Shown here: in pieces, positions 9,314-19,688 of the stretch
How the letters are laid out: every line of letters begins with the position of its first letter
Numbering within the stretch: position 1 is the stretch's first letter
Origin: an uncultured Phycisphaerales bacterium
Lineage (GTDB): Bacteria; Planctomycetota; Phycisphaerae; Sedimentisphaerales; Anaerobacaceae
Assembly: GCA_963718665.1 (NCBI GenBank)
Contig: OY970359.1
Coordinates: forward strand, 448,001-512,000
Direction of reading: 5' to 3'
Length of the DNA: 64,000 bases
Notes under the pieces: generated by a model
What the model was told of the DNA's origin: nothing
The model's database searches: none
Seen by the model: only the letters and a program-made list of their open reading frames with translations
Made by a program: the position numbers and the translations under genes

Positions 9314-9870
9314 TAGCCACAGAGTTTCTTAGCCACAGAGGACACAGAGGACACAGAGGACACAGAGAAATAAATTAAAAACTGTGTAAACCCGTGTTAA
9401 TCCGTGTCTAATTTCAAAAGTATTAATCCGTTTAGTTTACCTTACGTTAGACACTGCAAAATTCATTGATAATCCAAACTTGTTATTGTAGCAAAACTAA
9501 GCCACAGATTACACAGTTTTCACAGATATTTTTGGCCACAGAGCACACAGAGAATTATTTTTTCAGACACAGATTTACACAGATTAACACTGCTTTTTTC
9601 ACCACGAAGACACGAAAAACACAAAGAATTTTTAACCACGGATGGACACGGGTTAACACTGCTTTTTATTAAGCCACAGATTTCACAGATTACACGGCTT
9701 TAGTCAGCCGGAGAGGCGTATTCGCAGCGTTCATTTCTCGATACTCGTATCTGTGAATGCCCGCTACTCATCCGCCGCCCCTTAGATAGGGGCATACCTT
9801 AGGTATTTACCGGCTGACTATAAAATAACACAGATTTGCACATAATTTTGGGACACGGATTTACACAGGA
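9314..9870. repeat. Array of degenerate 9-mer tandem repeats (AGCCACAGA.. / ACACAGATT / ACACGGATT type)
   Basis: e.g. GCCACAGAGGACACAGAGGACACAGAGGACACAGAGA near 9332-9368 and GACACAGATTTACACAGATTAACAC near 9566-9590. Similar tracts at about 13472-13565, 15110-15185, 38225-38335, 46605-46675, 49635-49990, 54893-54918, 56178-56208. Confidence 0.85.
9701..9820. mobile_element. 120-bp element with perfect 11-bp terminal inverted repeats (MITE or structured ncRNA candidate)
   Basis: TAGTCAGCCGG (9701-9711) and CCGGCTGACTA (9810-9820); several internal hairpins; interrupts a 9-mer tract. Confidence 0.55.
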
Positions 9871-9949
9871 TTCCTTCGACAAGCTCCCCCGATAAAAACA
9901 TTCGAGGGCAGGAGGATGAATAATCGCAATGGTCTAATTGATAGAACCC

Positions 9950-10693
9950 TTATTTCGGATAGCCGATTGTCTGGGCGACTATTATCTGTTCGGGCTTTAC
10001 TTTGACTGCCTCGCCGAATTTCTTCTGGTCAACCATTCCGCGCACTACCGCCGCCAGACCCTGCGATGCACAATACAAATAGACGTTCTGAACCATACAG
10101 CCCACTTCGACATCTCCCCAGATTTTTCGTTTTTCTTCCGAGACGGGGGCGGGGCCGTGACTTTCCTTCGGATTTCTTAAGGTAAAGACATAAACGAGGT
10201 TGAGCGGCGCGATGAATACGAAATCCTGCATTCCGGCCATTTTCCTGAAATCGCCCTTCGCGACGGGTTTAAGCTCGTGCTTTGCCGAGTCATACAAATA
10301 AATGCCCTCAGGCAGCACAGCGTAAATATCAACGCAATAAATGCCCATCGCCGCGGGCGAAGTGCGTTTGCCATCAGGCCTGTTTGTGCCGTCAGCCGAC
10401 CAAAGCAGGTCAGACAACTGCTGTGAGGTGAGCTTCTTATCCGAGATATCGCGCGTTGACTTTCTTTTCTTAAGCGCCTGCATCAGGGAGATCCCATTGT
10501 TCAAATCAGGGGGATTGAGTTTGATTACGCCATCCGCCTGGGGAACCGGCTGTAACTGACTGGTTGAGCCAGCAGCAGCATTAGCGTCACCACTCGCGCC
10601 GGACGTCGTGTTGACATCCTGCGAAAAACCGGAAGTTGTAATACCCAAAATGCCAATAGCCGGCACGGCCTTCAAAAATGTCCTGCGATTCAT
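9950..10693 (-). CDS. Nitroreductase/SagB-ThcOx-family protein with twin-arginine signal
   Basis: Start ATG 10693 with GGAGG; MNRRTFLK Tat motif; ALKKRKSTR, LSDLLWSA, RTSPAA, QNVYLYCASQGLAAVVRG, QTIGYP. Confidence 0.85.
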   Translation of the reverse strand: MNRRTFLKAVPAIGILGITTSGFSQDVNTTSGASGDANAAAGSTSQLQPVPQADGVIKLNPPDLNNGISLMQALKKRKSTRDISDKKLTSQQLSDLLWSADGTNRPDGKRTSPAAMGIYCVDIYAVLPEGIYLYDSAKHELKPVAKGDFRKMAGMQDFVFIAPLNLVYVFTLRNPKESHGPAPVSEEKRKIWGDVEVGCMVQNVYLYCASQGLAAVVRGMVDQKKFGEAVKVKPEQIIVAQTIGYPK

Positions 10694-10780
10694 ATATCCT
10701 CCAATCTCTTTTGACATCAAAAGTTTCGGATACTCCTGCACAACTGCCGTTCCAAAATTTATTGATAACTCAAAGTTGTT

Positions 10781-10809
10781 ATTGTATCAAACCCTGCCCC
10801 AAAACACAA
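10781..10809 (-). promoter_or_regulatory. Sigma70-type promoter for the nitroreductase gene
   Basis: Minus strand TTGTGT-N17-TACAAT with extended -10 TG. Confidence 0.5.
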
Positions 10810-11040
10810 ACTAACCCGGCGCAAAAAAAGAGCCGTGTTGTCCGAAGACGCAAACGGACAGGTAAGGCGTCAATTGTGGATTTGGGATGCGGATAACCCC
10901 GCCACTCGCCTGCGCAAAAGTTTAGGCGAAGATGGCGGGGCTAAATATCAGGTGACGTTTATTGGCATTTGACTTTGACCTTTACGGCATTGGTCCTTTC
11001 GAACTTGGGCTTTCAAGGCCTTTTTACCCCTGTTATTTTA

Positions 11041-11123
11041 GCAAATCCATACCAAACATCCTTCGCGGGCATATAAATTTACACATATAACCCATTGTAT
11101 TCCGCCGAGAAATCTGATATTAT
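11041..11123 (+). promoter_or_regulatory. Duplicated 83-bp promoter module, copy 1
   Basis: Near-identical to 12195-12277; ends in TTGTAT(11095)-N17-TATTAT(11118) with extended -10 TG. Confidence 0.75.
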
Positions 11124-11170
11124 GACTTGTGTTAAATAACCCCGCACCCACACACATATGGAGTTGGCTT

Positions 11171-12100
11171 ATGCACAGGCAAAAAACACTTGTTCGGCGT
11201 GTCGGGTTTACGCTTGTTGAACTGCTCGTCGTTATCTCTATTATCGCCCTTCTGATGGCCGTACTGTTGCCCGCCCTTAACAAGGCACGCACACAGGCCA
11301 AACGTATCGTTTGCTTAAGCAACCTCAGGCAGTTGACCCTCGGCTGGACGGCTTATGCCTCGGGCAACAATGATAAACTCGTCAACGGCGCTCCTGAACA
11401 ACCTTTCGCTGCATGCCCGGTCTGTTCAACCGGAGATACTTGCGGAGCTACTGTGCCAACCACTACTTCAGATTCTTATCATGTAAACGAGTTACCATGG
11501 ATCGGAAGCTATAACATCGCAACGACTTCGGATTGCGGCAAGAATTGCGCTATTGATTCCGGCGCACTATGGAGATACATAAATGACTACAAACTTTACC
11601 ATTGTCCAACAGGTATGAAAGGCGAAACAATTACATACTCGATTGTCGATGGAGTGAATGGTCGCCCCGATGGAAGAGCATCCGCAACCGTCCCGGCAGG
11701 AATATGGAAAAAAACTCTCGGTCAGATAAAAAGATCCGCAACGCAGATTGTCTTCGTCGATGAAGGGCGTATCACAGCAGATAGTTTTGCAGTCACTTAC
11801 GCCTCTGGCGGCTGGAGCCCTCCGGGGGACTGGTTTGACGGCCCTGATGCCCGGCACGGTAACGGGACGACCGTCTCCTTAGCCGACGGCCACGCCGAAT
11901 ACTGGCAATGGGCTGCCTTAGAAACAGTCAAACGTGCCCAATTGGTTGAATTGGGAACGGCAACAGGGTACTTCCCAGCGGGCGCAACACCAACACCGCC
12001 TGACGGCGCATTTCAGGACCTGTACAAAATGACGATTGGCTGCTGGGGACAATTAGATCCCAGTATCATTGTCACTGGACATCCGCCCAAAGTTGAGTGA
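11171..12100 (+). CDS. Prepilin-type N-terminal cleavage/methylation protein with H-X9-DG domain
   Basis: [46 protein letters not shown]; start ATG 11171. Confidence 0.9.
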   Translation: MHRQKTLVRRVGFTLVELLVVISIIALLMAVLLPALNKARTQAKRIVCLSNLRQLTLGWTAYASGNNDKLVNGAPEQPFAACPVCSTGDTCGATVPTTTSDSYHVNELPWIGSYNIATTSDCGKNCAIDSGALWRYINDYKLYHCPTGMKGETITYSIVDGVNGRPDGRASATVPAGIWKKTLGQIKRSATQIVFVDEGRITADSFAVTYASGGWSPPGDWFDGPDARHGNGTTVSLADGHAEYWQWAALETVKRAQLVELGTATGYFPAGATPTPPDGAFQDLYKMTIGCWGQLDPSIIVTGHPPKVE

Positions 12101-12194
12101 AAAACCCGGCTTTTCGGACCTTCTTTTGTGGTGAGCACGCCTGCCCCGGCAGGCACGTCGAATCCACCGGTCTGCCATTTTGACTGTCATTTTG

Positions 12195-12277
12195 GCAAAT
12201 CCATATCAGATATCCTTCGCGGGCATATAAATTTACATATATAACCCATTGTATTCCGCCTGCAAATATGATATTAT
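12195..12277 (+). promoter_or_regulatory. Duplicated 83-bp promoter module, copy 2
   Basis: TTGTAT(12249)-N17-TATTAT(12272); homologous to 11041-11123. Confidence 0.75.
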
Positions 12278-12334
12278 AGGTTGTGCTGGTTTTTTGAACA
12301 TTGGCTGATTTACATTTATTATGAGGATACATTT

Positions 12335-13276
12335 ATGCACAAGCAAAAAACGCTTGCCCGGGGGAGTTTTCCTGCCAAAGGCGGAAACGCAACGGGGTTT
12401 ACACTTGTTGAACTGTTAGTCGTTATCGCTATTATCGCCCTTCTGATGGCCATATTGCTGCCCGCATTGAACAAGGCACGCGAACTGGGCAAACGAGCCG
12501 TCTGCCTAAGCAACCTCAAGCAGTTGACCCTCGCATGGTTGACTTATACCGAGGCCAACAACGATAAGATGGTTAACGGCGCACCTGTATCGCCAGCTCC
12601 GGCAACTCTTGCCGCTTGCCTGGCTTGTCCGACCGGGGATAATTGCGGGGCTGTTGCGCCAACTCCGACTAACTCCAGTGCCACAGATCCTCACCTTTAT
12701 GAGCTTCCCTGGATTGGAAACGCCTATGGAGCCACTGATGACTGTTGTAAGAAATGCGCGATTACAACCGGCGCATTGTGGAGATATGTGAATGACTTTA
12801 AGATTTACCGCTGCCCGACAGGCAATAAAGGCGAAATGATTACGTACACAGCATTAGATGCCGTAAACGGCCTGCCCAGAACAGATACGCAGTTAGCAGG
12901 AGTATGGCTAAAAAACAGAAATCAGATAAAGAGGACCGCAACTCAACTTGTCTTTGTTGACGAAGGGAAAGTTACACCGGATAGTTACGCAGTCAATTAT
13001 AACTCGCCGTTGTGGTTTGACCCACCTCATGTGCGACACAGCGGTGGAGATACTTTCTCCTTCTCAGATAATCACGTTGAAATCTGGAAGTGGAAATCGA
13101 AAAAAACGGTTGACTTCGCCGCAAGCTGTGAAACAGCTCCGGCGTATAACGTCTTTCCATCCGCAGCGCAACAGGATAATGATACCTGTCAGGACTTATA
13201 CTTGGTGCAAATACGCTGCTGGTCGAAAATCGAGTCTTCGGCCATTGTGGCCGCATACCCGCCCAAAATTGACTGA
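12335..13276 (+). CDS. Prepilin-type protein, tandem paralog (H-X9-DN variant)
   Basis: [31 protein letters not shown]; colinear with 11171..12100 through C-terminal PPKID/PPKVE; GAGG RBS. Confidence 0.9.
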   Translation: MHKQKTLARGSFPAKGGNATGFTLVELLVVIAIIALLMAILLPALNKARELGKRAVCLSNLKQLTLAWLTYTEANNDKMVNGAPVSPAPATLAACLACPTGDNCGAVAPTPTNSSATDPHLYELPWIGNAYGATDDCCKKCAITTGALWRYVNDFKIYRCPTGNKGEMITYTALDAVNGLPRTDTQLAGVWLKNRNQIKRTATQLVFVDEGKVTPDSYAVNYNSPLWFDPPHVRHSGGDTFSFSDNHVEIWKWKSKKTVDFAASCETAPAYNVFPSAAQQDNDTCQDLYLVQIRCWSKIESSAIVAAYPPKID

Positions 13277-13618
13277 AAAACCCGCGTGAATCGGCAAACT
13301 TCGGGGACATTTACCAGCAGCAGGCCCGGCATGCTCACATAGTATGATTTCATTTCTGAATTTTCTCCAATTATAATCATTTTCCCAATATAAACCGTCA
13401 ACATTTGGCAACCGACAGACGCCTCTACTTATACAGTTAAGGTCTTTGTATGTATGGTGGAAGATTTGTTTAGCCACTGATTACACAGATTACACTGAAA
13501 AAAAATATGCGACAGGGAGCGAAGCGACGATCCCGCTTCGGAAAATCAGTGCAATCTGTGGTTAATAAAAGCTTTTTGTGTCGAAAAACTTTATACACAC
13601 TTTTTGGAGGACACACTC

Positions 13619-15115
13619 ATGAAAAAGCTCTTTTTGGTATTTGTGGTTATCGCAATCGTCTCATCATCGGTTCAGGCCAAATACTCAGGCGGCTCCGGTG
13701 ACGCCAACGACCCATATCAAATCGGGTCTGCTACAGACCTGTTAACCCTAGCGGGAAGTACAGGCGACTACAATGCAAACTTCATTCTTATAGCGGATAT
13801 TGACCTCGCCTCCTATACCTTCACGACAGCCGTAATTGCACCGTATATTTATAATCCTGATGATGGTTACTTTCATGGTGTCCCTTTTATAGGTGTTTTT
13901 GACGGCAATGGGCATAAAATTACAAACCTGTTCATAAACATTACTAATGATTATGGAGGTGATTACCTCGGCCTGTTCGGATATCTTAACTACGGTGAGA
14001 TTAAAAATCTCGGCGTGGGAAATGTTAATATAACTTCTCTGCAAGGTTCATCTATTGGAGGTTTGACAGGGGAAAATTCATGTGGAATTATCATTAACTG
14101 TCATTCCTCAGGAGCCATTAATATTGTATATAATCCGACTGTTTGTCCAGCTCCTACGAGCATTTGTCTTGGCGGGCTAATAGGTTACAACAATTATGGT
14201 AAAATAAATAGTTGTTCTTCTTCAGTAAGTATAAATGGAGGGCATAATACACATTCTCTCGGCGGTTTAGCAGGATATAATTATTATGGCGATATAAATA
14301 ATTCTTTTGCAACTGGCAATGTTACCGGAGTATCTTCTTTTAATTCATTTGGTATGGATTTTGGAGGACTGGTGGGAGGAAATTATAACGGCATAATTAG
14401 TCAGTGTTGGGCCTCAGGAAATGTTAGCGGAGATGCTGAACAAAATGCACGAGGAAATTGTTGTTTTGGCGGTCTGGTAGGTCTCAATTATTATGGGGGT
14501 ACCATCAGTAACTGTTACGCGACAGGTAGTGTTAGTGTTACGAGTGGTATCAGGGGTGGTTATATCGGTGGGTTAATTGGGGAGAATGGTGATTATGACA
14601 GCAGCGCTACAAACTGTTATTCAACTGGTGCTGTAATTGGAAATCCTTATATTGTTTATGGCGGACTTGTTGGAGAAAACTCTATTGGTACTGTTACCGC
14701 TTCTTTCTGGGATATGGATACGAGCGGATTAACATTTAGTGACGGCGGCGAAGGTAAAACAACGGCGGAAATGAAAACAGAAAGCACATTTACCGATGCC
14801 GGCTGGGACTTTGTCGGCGAAACCGCAAACGGCACGGAAGATATATGGTGGATAATCGAAAACATCACTTACCCCAAACTTAACTGGCAAAGAATGATTA
14901 TGCCGCCTGGCCCGGGCGGTCCCGGCAAACCTAATGATGGCGGCATATATTTCCCGGACTACAATTTTGACGGTATCGTCAATTTTGTCGATTTTGCCAT
15001 ATTCGCCAACGCCTGGAATACTGAAAATCCTTTCATATCGCTCGACGGCGACAATGACGTTGACATCTACGACCTGAAAATCTTCTGCGATAACTGGCTG
15101 ACGTATACGAACTAA
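13619..15115 (+). CDS. Secreted GLUG-motif protein with C-terminal dockerin-like domain
   Basis: Signal peptide, YSGGSGDANDPYQI, repeated GGLVG-N..G.I..CYATG units, DGIVNFVDFAIFANAW; GGAGG RBS. Confidence 0.85.
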   Translation: MKKLFLVFVVIAIVSSSVQAKYSGGSGDANDPYQIGSATDLLTLAGSTGDYNANFILIADIDLASYTFTTAVIAPYIYNPDDGYFHGVPFIGVFDGNGHKITNLFINITNDYGGDYLGLFGYLNYGEIKNLGVGNVNITSLQGSSIGGLTGENSCGIIINCHSSGAINIVYNPTVCPAPTSICLGGLIGYNNYGKINSCSSSVSINGGHNTHSLGGLAGYNYYGDINNSFATGNVTGVSSFNSFGMDFGGLVGGNYNGIISQCWASGNVSGDAEQNARGNCCFGGLVGLNYYGGTISNCYATGSVSVTSGIRGGYIGGLIGENGDYDSSATNCYSTGAVIGNPYIVYGGLVGENSIGTVTASFWDMDTSGLTFSDGGEGKTTAEMKTESTFTDAGWDFVGETANGTEDIWWIIENITYPKLNWQRMIMPPGPGGPGKPNDGGIYFPDYNFDGIVNFVDFAIFANAWNTENPFISLDGDNDVDIYDLKIFCDNWLTYTN

Positions 15116-15254
15116 CACTGATTCTGTTAGCCACAAAAAGGCACAAAAAGCTTCAAAATTTGTTTTCACCACGAAGAAGCTTAAATTTTAATGACCTGGA
15201 AACCACGATGTAAAAGTCGGGGTTTTCTTTTTTATCTACAATAACTCCCGTCTC

Positions 15255-15293
15255 CTGTCCGCTCTTGGCGAGACCTCGCCTGTCGCTATGCGG
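15255..15293. repeat. 39-bp dispersed REP-like repeat
   Basis: CTGTCCGCTCTTGGCGAGACCTCGCCTGTCGCTATGCGG; close reverse-complement copy at 56131-56169. Confidence 0.75.
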
Positions 15294-15519
15294 CTTGGCG
15301 GATGCGTTTTTGGGGCCATACAAAAGGCCTGGAAATTTCTGCTTGCATACATCCCCCGCTTTGGATAATCTGTGGTTTTTCTTCGCGGCCGTGGTTTCGA
15401 TAAATCAGGCCCCGGCAAGGCAGTAAAGACCTTTAACATATTAAAAATGACACTGATGATATTAGAACCCGTCAGACAGGCAAAACCGCCATCTAACGGG
15501 TTTAACACGGAGATGAGCT

Positions 15520-17355
15520 ATGTTCAAAATCAGTGGAATTGACCTCGCCATAATTATCGTCTATTTCTGCACCGTTATTGTGGCGGGTCTGTGGGTTTCA
15601 AGGCGAGGAGCAAAGAACCTTGAATCCTATTTCTTAGGCGGCAAGTCGCTGCCGTGGTATATCCTCGGCATTTCCGATGCCTCGGGTATGTTCGACATAA
15701 GCGGCACGATGGTGCTTGTTACCTGGCTGTTTATGTATGGTCTCAAGAGTATCTGGCTGCCCTGGGTATGGCCTACGTTCAATCAAATCTTCCTGATGAT
15801 GTTCCTCAGCGGCTGGCTGCGGCGGTCGAACGTCCTGACCGGCGCCGAATGGATTAAGACGCGGTTCGGCGAGGACAAAGGAGCAAATCTCGCTCACATC
15901 AGCGTGGTGGCCTTCGCGCTAGTAGCCGTCGTGGGTATGCTGGCCTACGCCTTCAAGGGCATCGGCAAATTTGCCGTAGTGATGCTGCCCTGGCGTTTTA
16001 CGAATACTACCGAGGGTATTTTTTCCGACGCGAACATTTACGCACTGATACTAATGGGGCTGACTTCGCTCTACACCATCAAGGGTGGAATGATAAGCGT
16101 GGTCATCACCGAGGTTATGCAGTTTACCATTCTTACTGTCACCGCCCTTGTTATCGGAGGAATCGCCATCTACTCGGTCAGTCCGGCCGAAATACAGAAT
16201 CTGATACCGGCGGGCTGGACAAGCCCGTTCTTCGGGTACAAGTTAGGACTGGACTGGACGGGCGTCTTTGACAAGGTGAATCTGGCGATACAGGCCGAAG
16301 GCAATGAGCTTTTCGGCGTCATTTTCTGCCTGATGCTGTGCAAAGGCATTTTGGCGAGTTTGGCCGGCCCGATGCCAAACTACGACATGCAGAGAATTCT
16401 GGCTACTCGTAACTCTCGCGAGGCCTGTATGATGAACGGCTGGGTGACGACGGTCCTGATGTTTCCACGCTATATGATGGTCGCCGGCCTGACAGTCATA
16501 GCGTTAAAGTTTTGCACGCCGCAGCTCAAAGCAATGGCTAAGCCGGACTTGGAGGGAATCCTGCCTGTTGTCCTGTTCAACTATATGCCGCGGGGTGTAG
16601 TCGGATTCCTGCTTGCGGGCCTGCTGGCGGCTTTTATGTCTAATTTCGCCGCCACCGTCAACGCTGCCCCGGCGTATGTCGTCAACGACATATATAAACG
16701 ATACATCAATCCCAGTGCACCCGCACGAACAGAGATACTAATGAGCCGCCTCTCGTCACTGGTAATACTCGGTCTGGGTCTTATTCTGGGCCTGCTGGCC
16801 AAAAACCTCTTCAGCATTATGTGGTGGATTGTTGGCGCCCTCAACGGCGCTTATGTCATTGCCAATGTCCTCAAGTGGATATGGTGGCGATTCAACGGCT
16901 ACGGCTATTTCTGGGGTATGATAACAGGCATCCTCAGCGCAATGTTTGTTCCCGGGCTGATGAATTTCACATTCGGCCGTGACATCAATGCCCTTTACAC
17001 CTTCCCCATCATCTTCGCGGTTTCGGCTGTGGGTTGCTTTGTGGGCACCTTCCTGACCAATGCCGAAGACGAGGCGATACTCAAAAAATTCTACAAGACC
17101 GTCAATCCCTGGGGCTTCTGGGGACCCATTCGTGAAAAGGTCGTGCAGGAAAACCCGACCTTCAGGCCGAATCGAAACTTCAGCCGGGATATGACCAATG
17201 TTGTGGTAGGCATTATCTGGCAGTTGTGCCTTGTCACGCTGCCCATCTTCATCGTCCTCCGCGACTGGCCGTGGGTTATCGAGATTGCCGTCACCCTCGC
17301 GGCAACCTGTATATTCCTGAAATTCAACTGGTACAACAAACTTGAAAAGAACTAA
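15520..17355 (+). CDS. Sodium:solute symporter family protein
   Basis: Many TM helices, YFLGGKSLPW, TGAEWIKTRFG, QRILAT, GLLAAFMS. Confidence 0.9.
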   Translation: MFKISGIDLAIIIVYFCTVIVAGLWVSRRGAKNLESYFLGGKSLPWYILGISDASGMFDISGTMVLVTWLFMYGLKSIWLPWVWPTFNQIFLMMFLSGWLRRSNVLTGAEWIKTRFGEDKGANLAHISVVAFALVAVVGMLAYAFKGIGKFAVVMLPWRFTNTTEGIFSDANIYALILMGLTSLYTIKGGMISVVITEVMQFTILTVTALVIGGIAIYSVSPAEIQNLIPAGWTSPFFGYKLGLDWTGVFDKVNLAIQAEGNELFGVIFCLMLCKGILASLAGPMPNYDMQRILATRNSREACMMNGWVTTVLMFPRYMMVAGLTVIALKFCTPQLKAMAKPDLEGILPVVLFNYMPRGVVGFLLAGLLAAFMSNFAATVNAAPAYVVNDIYKRYINPSAPARTEILMSRLSSLVILGLGLILGLLAKNLFSIMWWIVGALNGAYVIANVLKWIWWRFNGYGYFWGMITGILSAMFVPGLMNFTFGRDINALYTFPIIFAVSAVGCFVGTFLTNAEDEAILKKFYKTVNPWGFWGPIREKVVQENPTFRPNRNFSRDMTNVVVGIIWQLCLVTLPIFIVLRDWPWVIEIAVTLAATCIFLKFNWYNKLEKN

Positions 17356-17376
17356 AAAACAACAGGAACAAAAGAT

Positions 17377-18579
17377 ATGAATAAGAAGACATTCGACGCA
17401 AAGGTTAAAAAGCTGTTCGCGTACCATAAGCGTTTCATCTCGCGCAAAAACACCAAGGTCAAGGAGACCAACGGCGTTTATTATCGATATAAATATCCCG
17501 TGCTGACCAGGGAACATACGCCCGTCTTCTGGCGATATGACCTCGATTACAAGAGCAACCCGAACCTTATGGAACGGCTAAGTATGAACTGTGCGTTCAA
17601 CCCCGGCGCTATCGAGTTCGACGGCAAAATATGCTTAGTCGTCCGAGTCGAAGGCGTTGACAGAAAATCATTCTTCGCAATAGCGGAAAGCAAAACAGGC
17701 GTCGATAATTTCAAATTTTGGGATTACCCAATTCTTCTCCCCGAAACAAGCGACCCGGATATCAACGTTTACGATATGCGATTGGTCAGGCACGAAGACG
17801 GCTGGATTTATGGCCTGTTCTGCTCTGAACGCAAAGACCCGAATGCCCCACGCGGCGACTTGTCATCCGCGACCGCTCAATGCGGCATCGTCCGAACAAA
17901 AGACCTCAAAAACTGGGAACGTCTCGATGACCTCAAAACCACATCGCCCCAGCAGCGAAACGTCGTTCTTCATCCCGAATTCATCAACGGCAAATACGCC
18001 CTTTATACACGCCCGCAGGATGGTTTTATTTCCGCGGGTTCAGGCGGCGGCATCGGCTGGGGACTCTGCGACAATATGGAACACGCGGTAATTACAGGCC
18101 CAGAAACAATCGTCGATGACAGGCAATACCATACAATAAAAGAGGTCAAAAACGGTCTCGGCCCCGCTCCCATCAAAACCGAAAAGGGCTGGCTCCAGCT
18201 CGCCCACGGCGTCCGCGCCTGCGCAGCAGGATTGCGCTATGTCGTTTACGCGTTTCTTACCAAGCTCGACCAACCCAACAAGCTCATCGCGGAACCGGGC
18301 GGTTTTCTGATTGCCCCGCAGGGCGAGGAACGTATCGGCGACGTATCGAACGTCGTCTTCACCAATGGCTGGGTCGCCCGCAAAAACGGGCAGCTCTTTA
18401 TTTACTATGCCTCTTCGGATACACGCTGCCACGTCGCGGAAACGACCGTTGATTTGATGCTGGATTACGTTTTGAACACCCCCGCCGACCCTGGTCGCTC
18501 TTATGCTTGCGTCCAGCAGAGATATAAACTGATTTCCAAAAATCTGCCGATAATGAAAGCGATGAGAATAAAGCCCTGA
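17377..18579 (+). CDS. GH130 glycoside phosphorylase (4-O-beta-mannosyl-glucose phosphorylase type)
   Basis: [61 protein letters not shown]. Confidence 0.9.
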   Translation: MNKKTFDAKVKKLFAYHKRFISRKNTKVKETNGVYYRYKYPVLTREHTPVFWRYDLDYKSNPNLMERLSMNCAFNPGAIEFDGKICLVVRVEGVDRKSFFAIAESKTGVDNFKFWDYPILLPETSDPDINVYDMRLVRHEDGWIYGLFCSERKDPNAPRGDLSSATAQCGIVRTKDLKNWERLDDLKTTSPQQRNVVLHPEFINGKYALYTRPQDGFISAGSGGGIGWGLCDNMEHAVITGPETIVDDRQYHTIKEVKNGLGPAPIKTEKGWLQLAHGVRACAAGLRYVVYAFLTKLDQPNKLIAEPGGFLIAPQGEERIGDVSNVVFTNGWVARKNGQLFIYYASSDTRCHVAETTVDLMLDYVLNTPADPGRSYACVQQRYKLISKNLPIMKAMRIKP

Positions 18580-18589
18580 AGACGGCTTT

Positions 18590-19272
18590 TTACTTTTGCC
18601 TTCTTTTGAAACATTCTTCCATAATGGCTGCGGTTGCGGTTGCGCCGAAGCGTGTGCAGCCGACTTCGCGGACTTTTAACGCCATATCGAGGTCTCGCAC
18701 GCCCCCTGCCGCTTTGACCTGCACCTTTTTCGATACGGCCTTTCTCATCAGTTTCAAATCCTCAATCGTCGCGCCTCCGCCTGCAAAGCCGGTCGATGTC
18801 TTTACCCAGTCGTGCCCGCCTCTTCGCAAAGCCGGCACGCATTTTTTTTCAATTCATCCGTCAGGTAGAAATTTTCAAGGATGACCTTCACAAGCACTTT
18901 ATTCTTATGAGCAGTATCGACGACGGCTTTTATATCGTTGCGAACATAATCGAAGTCGCGGCTTTTGAGTTTGCAGATATTGAGCACCATATCAAGCTCA
19001 ACAGCGCCGTCTTTAATCGCCTGCTCGGCCTCGAAGACCTTTGTTTCGGTCTTGTTGTACCCATGCGGAAAGCCGATTACCGTAGTGGGCTTTATATCCG
19101 TCCCTTTCAACAGCATAGCCACTAAGGGCAGCACTGAAGGCGAACAGCAAACGCTCGCCACACCGTATTTTTTTGCGACTTCGCAGCCCTTTCTAATCTC
19201 ATCAACCGTCAACTCCGGCTTCAAAAGCGAATGGTCTATCATTTTCGCTATGTCTCTGCTCATCCATTCCAT
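18590..19272 (-). CDS. deoC: Deoxyribose-phosphate aldolase; frameshifted as assembled
   Basis: IDHSLLKP, VIGFPHG, ELDMV, KVILE in 18802..19272 and DWVKTSTGF, VKAAGGVR, RFGAT in 18590..18838; one base missing near 18810-18818. Confidence 0.9.
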
Positions 19273-19387
19273 TGTTGTTCTCCAAATAAAAATAAGATAT
19301 CAAACCCAATTATCAATTATCAACTTTGGAGATTCAAGCTTTTAAATCAGCAATCTAAAATCATAATCTCAAACCCCTTTCCACTGC

Positions 19388-19419
19388 TTTTCCACAATCA
19401 GCACTTACGATGTGCACAA
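19388..19419. promoter_or_regulatory. DnaA-box-like sites upstream of dnaA
   Basis: TTTTCCACA (19388-19396, fits TTWTNCACA) and TGTGCACAA (19411-19419, one mismatch). Confidence 0.4.
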
Positions 19420-19688
19420 ACTGTTAAACGTAAAAAAAATTCAGCCACAACCCCATTGTCCGCCGAGAGATGGAACAAGTTGAAAAGAAAATTAAAGAAA
19501 CTCGATTGATTCAATTCGCATCCTCCCAATAATTGCAGTTGTTCTGCCTGCGGTGAGTAAAATTGAACCGCTTAATATAGTGTGGTTTCCAGCGTATGGA
19601 GACGCGAGAAAAACTTAAAAACGATTAGCTGCTTTGTCCGTCTTTCGTTGCCCGTAATGGCAAGTGAGGACGGTGCCGGAGAGGTAAA

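Noticed and set aside
9701..9820. Firm retron msr-msd call
   Set aside because: Layout is suggestive but no RT gene is adjacent and no clear branching G follows the repeat; kept only as an alternative.
11171..13276. Diversity-generating retroelement acting on the prepilin paralogs
   Set aside because: No reverse transcriptase, and differences are not confined to adenines; they include indels across the genes.
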